From: Lama glama
Lineage: Eukaryota
Direction of reading: 5' to 3'
Assembly (NCBI GenBank): GCA_028534125.1
Contig: CM052817.1
Span: forward strand, 79,300,001-79,364,000
DNA length: 64,000 nucleotides
The position numbers and the translations under genes were made by a program. Below, piece by piece: positions 1-13,380 of this stretch (position 1 is the first letter of the stretch; the number at the start of each line of letters is the position of its first letter). The notes under the pieces are model-generated. The model ran no database searches. It was not told where the DNA came from and saw only the letters and a program-made list of their open reading frames with translations.

Positions 1-470
1 CGCCAAGGGTTTCTGTAAAACAGAAAATCCGCATGAAGTTAAGAGACACTGGGACATATGTCCATATGAAATTGATGGACAAATTTCCCTTTTGTGGGTT
101 TCTAGCCTTTCCTTCTTAGGTTTTAAGCCCCTGAGTACAGAAATATTAATGTTGTAGTATGGCTCTTTCTTCTTGCTCTTCCTTCTTGAGCTAATCTTTA
201 AATTTGAATCTTTAAATGCTTTATGGCATTAATTAAATTATATGAGGGTTACACAGCCTTCAAAGACTTGGTGGAAATCAACCCTTTCCATATGGCATTA
301 TATAATGATCAATCTTTGACCCACTGTGACTTACGCCATACAATGTAAACACTTAATGTATGTTAAAAACTAGCTAAAATCATAGTATTGTATTGTACTC
401 ATTTTTTAAAATAATTTATAATTCAGCTTAAAAAGTATATCTCCTATACTACTAAAATTCTACCCTCTTC

Positions 471-585
471 TTTTTTGGGGTGGGGTAATTTTATTTATTT
501 GTTTAAACCTGGAGGTACTGGGGATTGAACCCAGGACCTCGTGCATGCCAAGCACGTACTCTAGCACTGACCTATACCCTCCTGC
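471..585 (-). mobile_element. Vic-1-type tRNA-derived SINE
   Basis: GGAGGTACTGGGGATTGAACCCAGGACCTC...CTATACCCTCC (reverse of A/B-box tRNA-like head), AT-rich tail, imperfect TSD TCTAC(CC/TT)TCTTCTT. Confidence 0.85.
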
Positions 586-2690
586 CACTCTACTTTCTTC
601 TTAATTGAGATCATAATACAGCTCCATATGGCATCTGTTGATTCCTATTAATCCATGAAAAAGAAAACACAAACAGATATTTTCTCCAGTGATTCAAAAT
701 CCTAATACAAGTACACAAGGAACATTTTAAAAAAGAAAGTAAAACCAATATAATAGTACCAAGTGAAGGCAAAAAAGCTAATCCCTCTAGGAGATGAATT
801 TGCTCTTTTCAATGACTTTAAAATAGGGCAGTAACCTTTATCTTTTAAAATTGCTTTACCTCCTAAAAAAAAAATCTCCTTACCCTGCCACACCAGTCAT
901 AGCCAGCTGGATAAAATTTGTATGCTGTTTCCTAACTTCAGTGGACCAACAAATTGAAACCATTACAAAAATAATACCCTTATTTGAGGTTTTCTGATTT
1001 AAAGGGAAAATGCTCGACACAAGAAGATCTCAGTCTTTCAATGGAAAAAAACTACTGGAGCATAAATAACAAACTTTTTTCCTCTGCCAAACTGATGGAT
1101 TGTAAACTGAACCACCAATCAGGGCACGTTATGGAAAACATATAACTTTCAACTTAAGAAAATTCATGTGACATTGTCTTTTCATCAAATTAGCCTTTAC
1201 GAGCACGATCATCATGGGAATACTGTTGTGTGAAAACATGGCAGGAACACTTTTTGTCTTTCATGATATTGCTGGAGCCACAGTTCATGTACTTGAAAAG
1301 AAAATATTCTTGTGAATAAAAACTAGGTTGATCATTCATCCTCTTTTTAATTGAAAAATTAAAACCGAAATTGAGAAATACAAACCAAAAACTCACACTG
1401 TACAAGTTTTCTGGATTTCAAACCCACTGAGCACAAAATTCTGTTAGCAAGAGCTAACCCACTGATACCTCTTGGTGCCTGAACACGAAGCCAGCAGAGG
1501 CCATCCAGCGTGGGACTGGGGATGGTGCCAGCCAGCACATGCACCCCAAAGTCTCTGTAGTGTGTTTACATGTTCTCAATGCACTGCTCAATTTTTGGGC
1601 TTTCTCTGCACACAGTGGATACCTCTATGTGTCTATATTGCTGCGTATCTCTTTTCTAGATGATTTTTCTGTAGTGAAACCTAACCTTACTGTAGAGGAA
1701 GTAAGAGAGCAAGAAGGAAGAACTCAAGAAACATTCTCCTCTTTCCCAAGAGCCCAGTTTTCCAACGTGATCAAGTTCTACTATCTTTTATCTTTGTCTA
1801 GGGCTTTTTTTTACAATAGACATAGCTCACCTGAAGTAGGCAGAACTCTCGTTATTTTTATGGCAGGAGGGGATTGATACTCACCCTCAAGTTGGAAAAG
1901 ATAGCGATACAGTTAGAATGGACTTGGGGGAAGGGGAGCAAATAGTCTATTATTTTAACTGGAAAATAATGGATATTTGTGCTTAAAAGTTAATTTTCTT
2001 ATACTCATTTTCAAAAAACCAAATTTCATCCTCCACTCTATTTCATTCTCTTTTGTCGAATAAGGTGAGTAAATCTAGTAACTGTAATAATGCTTCCTAT
2101 CTTTTCAGTTTTATGATTTACCTTAGAGACCCCTCAGAAATGACTCTGGGATGAATAATCTTCAACATCCACCCCCAATAAAAGACACATCATTGCTTGT
2201 TCCCCACCAGTACCATACAATTGCTCATTTCATCAACAGCATTGAGAATTGGACTTGTTTATTCTTTACTAATTTGAGCAAGGGGAGAAAGTATTTGTAT
2301 GTTAGTATGCACTTCTTTTATTACTAGAGGGTGTGAAAATTTTAAATACTATTTGTATTTTCTTTTCTGTGAATTACCTATCCAAATCCTTTGGTTATTC
2401 TTCTACAGGGCTCTGAAACTTTTTCCTATAAATTTGTCTGTGCACTTTGGATATTAAGAATATCAATCCTCTGTAAGTTATAATATAGAAAAATATTTTT
2501 CCCAGTTTGCCCTTCACTTTTGTTTGTGATCTTTCTGATATACAGAGCTAGTTAAGTTGCATGCTGTCAAATAAAGATATATTTTTGCTTTTTATTTCTA
2601 TTACTGCTTTTATGTTAAAAAGTCCTTCCCCACATAAATGTTACATTCATGTTCAGACCTCTCCTTTTCATATCTTTTGTTTTCATTTTC

Positions 2691-2818
2691 TTTTTTGGGG
2701 GGAGGGAATTAGGTTTATTTATTTAATTATTATTTTTTTAATGGAAGTACTGGGGACTCAACCCGGGACCTTGTGCATACTAAGCATGCAGTTTACCACC
2801 AAGTTATATCCTACCCTT
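2691..2818 (-). mobile_element. Vic-1-type SINE (diverged)
   Basis: Same head and tail as the other copies; flanking TTCATTTTC repeat. Confidence 0.8.
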
Positions 2819-4074
2819 TCTTCATTTTCCTGATTACCTGTCATTGAGTCTCTAAGGCCTGGGTTGAACTCATGGCGATTACTAGGGAAGACCTGAGCCC
2901 TGAGAGTTCTGAGCACAGACAGAGCCCAAGAGGCTCAGAACTGGAACTGGGAGTAGATCTTGGGCAGATGGCAGAAGAGACTTCCTGAGTCTCTCATGGG
3001 ACCTAAACATTTTAGCATCACACAAAGCTGGTTTCCTTGGTGGAATTATGGGTTGGCTTAAATAAATACAAGTTTATTATATTACCAGTGAGGGATTCCA
3101 TAACATATAAAGTATTTTGAAATCCCAATGCTTTGCAGGTAGCCGTGAGCTACTTCAGTGCCATAGTGAGTAGGGTTCACAAATCACTATAATCCAAGAG
3201 GTGGTTCTACTTGAGGACTAAAAATGAGATGATGGAAAAAGGAAGCAGCAGAAGTGGGTGATGGTATTTATCCTCTTTGCCAGATGAAGATGGGTGAGTG
3301 TTGAGTGAAGAATGAGGGAGGCCCTGGAAAGAAACAAAGAAAGGGGAATGGGGGCTTTTGGGGGGCATTTCAGAATAGAGTTCTTATATACATTTATTGG
3401 CTGGAGATTCTACATCAAAGATTTTAACTTTAATATGTCTTTTATGGCATAAAACTGACAAAGCCAGAAATACCTGCAAAGTTCTAAATCTCCTTTCAGT
3501 TCCAAATACTATTTTTTGGTTTTGGTTTCCCAGCAGTTGACTAACAACAAATTTATTATTAATTGACATCTCATACATTGTGACCTACACATCAATTTAT
3601 TGAAAATTAACATGCAAGAACACATTCACTCTGCAAGACAGTTTGGTTAATAAAACCACATCTCTAGATGAGCTGTCTCTGCTAATATAACACTTTCAAA
3701 GCAATGATAAAGGACCAGTGACAACTGAAATAAATTCTCTCCTCTCAGGTGCTAAAGAGAAGAGATGCCTATTCCAAGATCTGTGAATAAATGGCCAGTT
3801 TTCTAAAAACAGTTTGATATCAATCTTATTCAAAGTTATCTTTTTCCTCCAATATGGCAAACTCCAACTAGCAAGAATGCTCTGAGAAGAGGGCAATTGA
3901 GCTAATTTAAATACTGTGTAACTGACAATTCCTTGAAAAGTTATTTTACTTTGGTATTTACTGAGAATCTTCACATTTCAGTATCTTATTAGGTAGAGGG
4001 GAGAGCTGTCATCAATGGCTGGCTATAATCTTGTGAACATTACAATGTGGGAGCTTTCAACATTGTGGTAGAAT

Positions 4075-4084
4075 TGTGTGTGTG

Positions 4085-4118
<34 letters not shown>

Positions 4119-4161
4119 AGAGGCAGGGAGAAAGAGGAGGGGTGGAGAGAGAGAGAGAGAG
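4075..4161. repeat. (TG)n and (GA)n microsatellites
   Basis: TG run 4075-4116, GA run ~4146-4161. Confidence 0.9.
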
Positions 4162-4606
4162 GGAATACCTCATCCTCACGCACTGCTAGGGTACCAACTC
4201 TGGCCTAGGTTCCATTGGTCAGAGGCATATGTGCAGGTCTCTGATTTGGAAGAGGTCATATGTAATAGGCAGGACTCAGAGAATCCTTTCTATTGGTTCA
4301 GAAGCTGGCCATCTGCAGCAGAGACAAAACTGTTCTGTTTGGGCCACAGAAACTCCCTTACCAGGTCAGTTCTGGGCAAGGCTTCTGGAAACACAGCCTA
4401 GATAAGCTTGTTCTTCCACCTCTCCTAACGATCTGTGAGCCTCCTAATATCCCTTACTAAACTCCTTTCTCTTTAAGTTGGCTATGTTCTACCACTAAGG
4501 ACAGGAACCAGCACAATGAATATGTAATGTCTTTGGTGACTAAAAATTGAACTTGTTTAAGAGTCATTATTCTGAGAATGAATTTTCAAATGCAGAAATG
4601 TCATTA

Positions 4607-4852
4607 GCTAATACTTATTGAGCAATCACCACGTACTATGCCTGTGCTAATTACTTTACATGCATTAGTGCATGTAATCCTTAAAAGAACTGAAACAGTA
4701 GTTACCATTACTGCCCCCACTTTCCTAAGTAAGCGCACAGAGGTAGACTGGTCAGGTGACTTGCCCTGTCACACAGGGCACATGTGGTTAAAGCCAGTAC
4801 TTGAACCCTTGCCGGTTGACTCCAGGGTCTGCCCTCTTAAGCACCATGCCAC
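4607..4852 (-). mobile_element. MIR SINE
   Basis: ACTTATTGAGC...GTGACTTGCCC..TCACACAG...CTTAAGCACCATGCC. Confidence 0.7.
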
Positions 4853-5729
4853 ATTGAACAAAGGACAGAAGATTCCACTATACATAGATTGATCAGTTCA
4901 TGAAACCAGGTCTATTCCTGATAACAGCTTACTTGTTTGTGATTTATCAGTTTCTCTTAAAGTACAACAAATTTCAGTTGTATAAAATATATATATATAA
5001 GTAATTAGATTCTGATAACTGAGATTTTTATTATAAACAGAGCATCATAAGTACAATTTACATGAATTCTTTCAAAGCTCCATACCAGTGGCAAATACAT
5101 ACACATAATAGTTCTATCTGCAGTAACCAGAGGAAAAAAGTAATCATAAATTTTACTTCTGGCATCTGCCTGAAATTTAATAGCTGTGTAATCTTAGACA
5201 TGTCATGTAAGCTTGGCAAGCCTTGGTTTCTTTGTAGAATAGAAACTCATCATCTAACTTAATGGATAAGTGAACTTAATGGATAGTGAAATGGATAACA
5301 AAGGCCTATCGCAAAGATTAACCTGAGAGTGTATGCAACAGTGCCTTACAAAAATGTATACAACTAACAGATTTTATCATCATTCATCACATTGTAACAA
5401 ATAGTTTATAAAGTTCTTTTGCATATCCTAATCCATTGAAATTCCATCCAAACCTTGAGATAGATAAGAGGTATTAGCCTCCTTGTATTTGAGGAAAATG
5501 AAATTTTTAAAAGTTTTATGACTTATCCAAGGTCCCACAATGGGTAAAAAGTGGCAAGGATTAGAAGCTAGCTATTTGACTTAAAACTTTACCACGATAC
5601 TTCACTTAATCTCTTTCTTTTTATCAATAACATCTATTTTTATTATTTAAAAAACCTTCCTGGAATTATGGCATAGTTGATATTACGTGTTTATTGCAAT
5701 ATAGAGCTGGAGGAAAGCGGGTGACTCAC

Positions 5730-5918
5730 CTTTTTGACTTCGTACTTAATGGCAAGTTTGACACGACTCAGAGAAGCTTTATGCCTGTGCATCTCCAGAG
5801 GCTCTGCCGATTCCAGATCTCCATTCAGAATGGCTTCTACCTCTTCCGAGTCTCGGCAAAGATCCAGCACACCCACTACGAAGTCTTTGCATTGCATGGA
5901 GAGCTTCCGATAGTCATT
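5730..5918 (-). CDS. TRPC3: TRPC3 coding exon 3
   Basis: Acceptor TTTTTAG|AAT at 5919/5918, donor AAG|GTGAGT at 5730/5729, 189 nt, phase 0. Translates [63 protein letters not shown]. Confidence 0.97.
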
Positions 5919-6390
5919 CTAAAAACAAGAGGTTTGGAGTTTAATACAAAGAAGTAGCTTTAATGCAACGGAGAGTTTCAGAGTTTTGTGAATTAGGAAA
6001 AGATGTCCCTTTCTCTCGGTAGGAAGCTGCAGCCTGCAGGTGGCTGCAAGGTTTGTTGAGTTAGATACAGACTGGGTTTGGCTCTACTCACTCCTTTAGC
6101 CAGGACCTTCTGCAACCTGCCCAACCATACGACACAGTTCCGAAAATGGTGTGTACCTGAGTCACTGGTTTATATTAAGGGATGTTGGCTAAATGCTAAT
6201 GCTGAGAGACCAAAGGATGGAGAAGAGTTGTATCTTAATCAGATAACAGTTTTCTTAAAGTCAAAACAAAACCATTTCTATAATGAAAATTCTTTAAATG
6301 AGAATTTTTCTAAAGTGGCAATTTGACATAAAAGATTGACTAGACATGAAAATAACCTGTCCAGTTTATTTTCCCCTGCCTTGGTGGAGT

Positions 6391-6574
6391 CGTTGTTTCT
6401 CAAATTGTGGTCCTCAGAACAGTAGCATTAGTAGCAACTGTACATGTGTTAGAAACGTAAATTTTCAGACCCCATTCCAGATGTTCAGATTAGAAACTGA
6501 GGATGGGGCCAAGCAATCTGTGTTAGCACACTTTCCAGGTGTTTCTGATACACATTTATGTTTGAGAATGACGG
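6391..6574. mobile_element. MER5A-like hAT-Charlie MITE
   Basis: TTTCTCAAATTGTGGTCC...TTAGAAAC...GGGGCCAAGCAATCTGTG...GTTTGAGAA. Confidence 0.75.
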
Positions 6575-7726
6575 TTTACAGAGAATGCAAGGAGATGGAC
6601 AGGGACCAACATAGAGGGTATTTTTCTTTGTTTGTCTGAAGGGCACATTATCATGTCCTGCAGGAAAGGAAGGAGAGAAGTGTCTGATTCTATGTAATTG
6701 AATTCTCAAGGGTTGCGGAATATCAATACCTGAGAGAAAAAATTTCAGGCCACTGGAACTAACACCTTGCTAAAAATAATCTGTGAATCTTTAATTTCAT
6801 TAGCATATTTATATAGTGCCATGGACTGGTATAAGGAAGGCAGCTGTCAGCATTCCCTGTTACCTTCTGAATGGAGCTCTATTTGCAGCCCACTGGTTCC
6901 AGTCAAGATGTCAATGACCATCTCTTGGGAAAGTGTCTTACTTTTGCAACCCCTAGCTCCACTTGTATGGCTTTCACTAAAACTCTATCTCATTAAGAAA
7001 ATTAATCAGATGATAATCTAATTTGGTACACATGAGAAAAATGGAATTCTTCGTTCCGACATGTCCTGAGATACTATATACGTCTAATAACTGAATAATA
7101 TTCAGCACAGCAGAATTTCTGGGCTTCTAAAACTCATACTTCCCATTTCCCCCCTTAAATAATTAATTAACTTGATTTGATAGGCAAAAATCACATCACA
7201 AACTAAAATAAACAAGAAGTGGAGAGACTGTTTAAAGGCTATGCAAACTCGAATAGTTTCCATTTCAGATATCGGAAATTCAGATAAAGAACAGTTGCAG
7301 TTAATCCTTTTCCCCTCATAAGGGAACAGATAAAATGAATAAAAATTTCAGTCTCTGGTTTCCATTCAAGTTGGTACCATGCAACTGATAAAATTAATAA
7401 AATGTTCAGCCTCTGGCTTCTATGCAGAGTGTCAGTTAAATATCCATCTGCCTTCCATTCCTGAAAGACTAATGAAATATTTTATTATAGCACCCAGAAG
7501 AAGTATTAAATCCACGTCTGTTTCCATATAAAGCTCCCCTTTTAATACAGTTTTTTAAGATGAAATTTCCTCATGTTACTCTTCAGTTCAGACTGTTCTG
7601 TAAGATTTAGTACAACATAGGATGGCCATTTCTCCACTGATCAGAAATAAAAGAGACCATTTTCTATTCTTGAAGAAAATTTAGGAACCACTTCTGCAGT
7701 AATACATAAATAACTCATTACCTTTA

Positions 7727-7872
7727 TTTTTTTTTTTAGTTTTTTTGAGGGAAGGTAATTTTATTCATTCATTCATTCATTCATTCATTTACAGTGGAGG
7801 TACCAGGGATTGAACCCAGGACCCAGTACATGCTAAGCACTCACTCTACCATTTAAACTGTGCCCTCCCCCT
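7727..7872 (-). mobile_element. Vic-1-type SINE with (TTCA)n tail
   Basis: 17-bp TSD ATAACTCATTA(C/T)CTTTA at 7710-7726 and 7873-7889. Confidence 0.88.
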
Positions 7873-8609
7873 ATAACTCATTATCTTTAAAAATTGTAAT
7901 ATGTAAATTGTCTGATCTTAAAGCTTCATAGTTTTTTTCACATCCACTGAAAGATAAGTCAAGAAGTAAAAAACTGGTAACCAAGATAAAAGGAAAACAT
8001 TTTGTTTTCCTAACAATTTAAATATTTCCTGCTGGAAGAAGTCTGTCGCTCAAGTACAGAAAATAATCAGAGCTGGAGGTAATGGCGATTTCCTTCATTG
8101 CAGTTAGGGGGTACTGTTTCACCGATATGTGCAGAGCTCCCAGGGAAAGATGGAGAGCTCCACTAAAGACAGCCTTTCCTCAGTTGCAAAAGGAACAATC
8201 TAAAGTCTGCATTGCATCCTGAGCTGACTCAGTTAGCTCTACCACGAGGTTTTGTCTCATGTTACTTCACAACTCAGATCAGTTTGTCTGGTCTGAATTT
8301 GGTAATCATTTTCTCTTAACTTAGTTTTCCTTCATTAGTCTCATCGTGCCACTCTTCCATTCCCATGGTTCTCCATTAAGTTACCAGGTAGATCTGCTGC
8401 CCGCTTGGCAGAGAAGAAACTTAGAGGATCTGCTCCAGCCAGAGGAAGAACAGGAAAGCTTGGGTCTCATCACAAGGTTTCAGCACACTTACTTTACTGT
8501 GTATCATTTTAATCATTGTTCTAATCTCTTTTCATCCTTAACAGGAAAATTGAAATTCAACTCTAAGCAGTCTTAGTTCTGTCAGATCCTCTCCCTAGTA
8601 ACAAAAGAG

Positions 8610-8810
8610 ACAGGATAGTGCAGCAGTTAAAAGCATAAAGCTGAAACCAGATTGCCTAGGTTCAAATACTGCTTCTACCACTTAGGAGCTGTGTGATCTT
8701 GTGGAAGTAACTTAGCCTCTCTGATGAGAATAAGCCTATCTAATATTGCTATCACGAGGATTACATGCTTTGAGTGTGCTTGGTACACATCAAATACTAT
8801 AGAAGTGCTT
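8610..8810 (+). mobile_element. MIR SINE
   Basis: GCCTAGGTTCAAATACTGCTTCTACCACTTA..CTGTGTGATCTTG...ACTTAGCCTCTCTG. Confidence 0.7.
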
Positions 8811-11739
8811 CAGTTGTTACCAGGCTAAGCATGTTAGAATAGGTAGGATTGGGACCCAAGGCACCCAAATCTAGGCTTAGCAGATGGGACTTTGACTACA
8901 GCTTTCATTTTCCCATTTGTAAAATGAGAAGTCTGCAAAGCTAGACGATTCCTAGAGTATCTCCTTGCTATAAAACGCTATCTTGCTTCTGGAATATATT
9001 TATTTTCTTCTTCCTTACAGCCCCACTGTGATAGAAGTTGGAACTGTTTTTCTAATTTAAAGAGAGGAAAACTGAGGCATAGGGTAGACAAATGGCTTTT
9101 TTTTTTGAAAAAAAGTGCATCATTGATTCAGAATTAGGAAATTTTACTCTGTGTTCTTGTAGTTTAATGAATGACCAGTTTCCTTGCCACTGACATTTGG
9201 AGGATTAGACCTGGAGTCCATCCTGTCCAATATTCTGCCTCTCAGAATAGCTTCAGACAGCATTTGCACATCAAAAAATATTTCTTTAATAACCTGTCAC
9301 CAAGCTGTCCTCCATTAATCTATCTAAATCTGTATTCTAGAATGTTCATCTCTAGGGGTAATGACCCTCATATGTTTTCAGCACCATGCCTCCTATACTC
9401 TTCAAGGAAATTTGAAAACTGCATGGTGGCTAAGAACCTTCCCCGAAGCACCTAAGCGACGGCAATTTGAGAGGTGAGATACTGGATCTTACAGGCTGTG
9501 GATAAGATAAAACAGGTATATGTGTCTGAAAAGGGAAAAAAAAGTCATGCCTTTTTCACTAGGGAACGCATGATCTGTTTCTTCATTTCAAGGCTAGGAC
9601 TTTGAGCTCAAAGTCTCCATGGAAAGAATACAGCGAACACCATGGAATAGGGCAAATGACGTGACCTTCCTGCCTCAGAAATAAGCTTCACTTCCTGCCC
9701 TTTCAGAACTCCACATCTCTGGGTCTTGCTGTGAAAACACTATTTTCTCTGTCTGTCTAAAGCCCTGACAGATGGACGTGAGTGTGGGATGAGAGGGCCG
9801 AGAGGTGAAAGGAAGGCAGATAAGAAAAAAATAACAAGGCCAGGAAAGAATGGGAATGAAAAGGAACACTCAGTCAGGGGACAGAGACCTGTAGTCCTTA
9901 GAGACCGTAACTTTCGAAGAAAGGTCTGTATTTTGGCTCAGAGGTGGTTATGCTACACAAATGTTTTCCGTATAATTCAGAAAAGGGAACTGTGAGATTT
10001 AAGTAATTTTTGCATATCCTTAGATATTGGGCAGCTTTATGGATGTCTTCTTAAACTCAGTTGTGTTTTCTCCTCTATTTGCCTCTTCATTTTTGCAATA
10101 GTTTCCTACCTTTAAAAGGTTATCAGAGGTGACTCTGTATCAGGATAGAGGAGAGTCTAAGTATTATCAATGTGGATTTAGCCAACTTCAGGGGAAAAGT
10201 ATGAATAACAAATTTTCTTCACATTGCTTCCCTAAGATGACTTCTCTGGGCAGAACTGCACACATCACCATATTTCATGAATTATTAAAACATAATGTAG
10301 GGAAATAGTCCCTTTTGTTAGACTCTCTTTTATAGACTTTCAATATATAGCAAGCAAAATGCATAAAAACAAGGTCTGAGTAACACTTGGAATAGTGAAT
10401 TAACAAATTCAGAATTATACTTTTTATTACTATGTCAAAATAAAATGACACTTCAGCTTTTACCTGAATGCTTTCCTATTCTCTCTAAACAGAATTTGAA
10501 CTTTTAAATTTGCTCTACCTGAGTTCTGTCAAAAAAAAAATAATAATTCATTTTAGGTCCAAAGAAGAAAATCTTTTCAAATACCACACAATGGATTTCT
10601 TCAGAAGGGGTAGATAAAGGTGGCATTTATTTCCTTCTTTATATTTTCCACATGTTCCAAAATTTTTACAATAAATATGTATAGCTTTTGTATCAGAAAA
10701 AAACTTAATAAAATTATACTAAGGCCAGATCTCCACCAGGACAAGATGAAGGCTGATGAATATCTAGGGAATTTGGTATGTACAGAAGGGGAAAAAAACC
10801 CCACAAAACTTTCCTACCACGTTCTTTCAACCCCATTACTTGACTTACATTGCTATTTGCATTCGTGTAACTCTCATTTAAGTATGAAAAATTGTCCTAC
10901 AATCTGAAAAACAGAATAATCATTCTGTCTGTGGTCTGACACAACAGTAAACTAAAAAGATTAACTCAGCATTCAGAGAATAATTCTAGGAATTGATGTC
11001 TACGATCATCTTCTTAGGTGGATGAGAACTAGAAAACAGTCTGACTTTCACCAGCACTAGAAATCTCCTTTTGCCTCAGATTTAGTAGGTAGAACCATCC
11101 AAAATGCATGGCAACTGAATAAAAATTAAAATGTTCTACCATTAATGTGTAATTTTTATAAAAATAAGTAACAGTACTTGACTGGAGATGATGTTCAGAA
11201 AAAGCTTCACTCATTAAAAAAAAAAACTATTAAAGCAAAGTTGTCCTTATATTTCTGGGTTGACCTGATGTCTGTGGCTCACCATTCGGAATATTGTAGA
11301 TTTTATTTGTGGATCTCAGGGAGGGCAATTTTTGTCGTATTAACAAAATGACTTTAGTCACTCATTTAGTATTTTATATTAGCTGCTTGACTTTCAATCT
11401 AAAGGGGTATACAAATGTTTAGATTAATAAGCAGTGCATGCAAAACTAATGCAACTTCTGTGCTGGGTGCCACGATATAACTAACCACAAAAGAGGAAGA
11501 ATCTGGAAGGGAGACGATCACACCAAATCCTTCCTTTAACAAAACGGAAGTCTCACGTTATACTTAACACTTATCCAGAGCACCGAGTAGCACTATAATT
11601 ATAGTTCTCTGATCCAGTATATAACCATTCCCAAAGCGAATTTATCACAGCTGAGAAGGGAAAATCATCACATCATTTCTGAATGACGCTCCCAACTCCT
11701 CCTGATTTAAAATCCATTGGGCAAAACTAATTCGGGAGC

Positions 11740-12720
11740 AAACTACGGAAGGCACCAGGCAGCAGTGGGGAAGTGGATGAGCGCGCAGGGTAGCCGGGTG
11801 GAGGGCGCAACTTACCTTGAACTCCTTCTCTATGTTGGCCAGCTTGGCCAGCTCGTTGCTGAGCTCCAGGGCGGTGAGCACCGGGTCTTCGCTGGACAAG
11901 GACAGATACGCCGGGCTGGCCAGCCCCTTGTAGGCATTGATCCTTGAGCGCGAGTGGCTGAAGGAGTCGTGCCTCTGCTTCTCGGTGCAGTCCCCGCACT
12001 TGCAGAAGTAGTCGTGCGGCCGCTCGATCCTGGCGCCCTTCATCAGCAGCATGTGCACCACCTCGTACTTCTGGCAGTGCGCCGCCAGGATGATGGGGGT
12101 GATGTCTGGGGAGAAGCGCGTGCCGTCCTCGTCGTAGGCGTAGAAGTCGTCGTCCTGCAGCTCCTGCTCACAGGGGCTCAGGGTCAGGCGCTTGCTGGCC
12201 GCGAAGCCGGGGTGGTTGAGAATGGCCTCCACGATGCGCACATAGCCCTTGCTGATGGCGAGCAGCAGGGCGTCGCCGATGCGCGCCAGGTTCTCCTTCT
12301 TGAGCAACAGCTCTGTCACCTCCAGGTGCTCGTTGCCCACCGCCAGCTGCAGCGCGTTCTGGCCCATGTAGTCCACGCAGTTGACGTTCAGCGTCTTGGA
12401 CTCCTCCAGCATCTTGCGCACCACGGGGATGTTGCCATACTCCGCGGCGTCCAGAAAGCGCTCCTCCTCTGCGGTGAGGCTGGTGCCCCGGTCGTTGAAC
12501 ATGAAGGCCGGGCCCCGGACAGCCTGGCGCCGGCCCTTCTCACGCATCACCGTCTTGCGCCTCAGGGATGGGCTTTCCTCCATGGACCTAATCAGCAGCA
12601 ACGAACAAAAATGACTGTAGAATATTAAGCCATATTGCTTCCTCCACATTATCAGGCTATTTCTGGAACAACCACAGCACCCATCGCAGATCTGTGGCTC
12701 GCGGACAGCCGGGTCAGTTA
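11740..12720. promoter_or_regulatory. TRPC3: CpG-rich island over exon 2 (candidate alternative promoter for short isoform)
   Basis: CpG-dense exon, with CpGs continuing into both flanking introns (11745-11810, 12685-12790). The short TRPC3 isoform initiates translation in this exon. Confidence 0.6.
11816..12587 (-). CDS. TRPC3: TRPC3 coding exon 2 (ankyrin repeats, [11 protein letters not shown]ys/His motif; includes short-isoform Met at 12583)
   Basis: Acceptor TAG|G at 12588/12587, donor AAG|GTAAG at 11816/11815, 772 nt. Translates [63 protein letters not shown]...[13 protein letters not shown]; phase matches exon 1. Confidence 0.98.
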
Positions 12721-13211
12721 CTCATCACTCGCCTGGAATTTATACCTGTAGTTAACACGGCTGCTTGAACCCAGAGAGAAGCGGGAAGCCCTTCAGAACA
12801 AGAGTTCTTGTTCAATAGAAAGTGACTTTCACAAGGAATAATAATATAAACAACTTCCAGACGCCCACGTCTCCACTGTGACACTCATCATACCTTGTGG
12901 AAATAGCCTTTCTTCTACTCTTAGAAGTCTTGAAAACAGGGGCTAGCAGATACCTGACACCAAAGCACTAGGATTGAAGGCTGAAGAAGTTAAATTTTTC
13001 AAGAATTAGGTCAGAACAATCCTCTCAAGTCATTGCATGTTTTTAACTACATAAAAGCACTCACACACATACACATACACACACACACCAGTATTTAGGC
13101 CGAGTATTATCTTAGGTTTGTCATCTTTTTCACTTGAGAGTATCCTCCTCCTAGCCCCCTTACAAAAAACTTACAAGATTCAGTTTTTCAATGACACAGA
13201 CAAGATTTAGC

Positions 13212-13380
13212 AATTATAAAATCAGAGTATCTAGATTTATTTTCTTGGAAGTAATTGGGAATAATTTATATTCTTGGAAATGAATAATTGTATCTAGATT
13301 TATATTCTTGGAAATAATTATAAAATGAGAGTATCTATATTTATATTCTTGGAAATAATTATATTCTTGGAAATAATTGG
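13212..13380 (+). repeat. Irregular AT-rich local tandem duplication containing five TTCTTGGAA copies
   Basis: ~45-bp unit AATTATAAAAT(C/G)AGAGTATCTA(G/T)ATTTAT(T/A)TTCTTGGAA at 13212 and 13316, plus partial copies; TTCTTGGAA at 13242, 13271, 13305, 13346, 13364. Confidence 0.9.

Noticed and set aside
1..30. Acceptor-like TTTTCTGTTTTACAG on the minus strand at the window edge
   Set aside because: The following bases (AAACCCTTGGCG) do not encode the expected exon 4 start FVAHPNC in any frame; only 12 nt are visible.
9377..9397. REST/RE1 left half-site TTCAGCACCA
   Set aside because: The right half (GGACAG) is absent.
11645..11815. ORF read-through past the exon 2 donor (334-aa ORF), suggesting a truncated ankyrin-only isoform
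   Set aside because: Strong AAG|GTAAG donor and an in-phase exon 3; the 56-aa tail has no recognisable features.
11954..12628. 224-aa plus-strand ORF antisense to exon 2
   Set aside because: Expected shadow ORF of a GC3-rich coding exon; GTG start and no recognisable domain.
13212..13380. CRISPR-like repeat/spacer appearance
   Set aside because: Spacers are pieces of the same unit with irregular lengths; eukaryotic intron with no cas genes.
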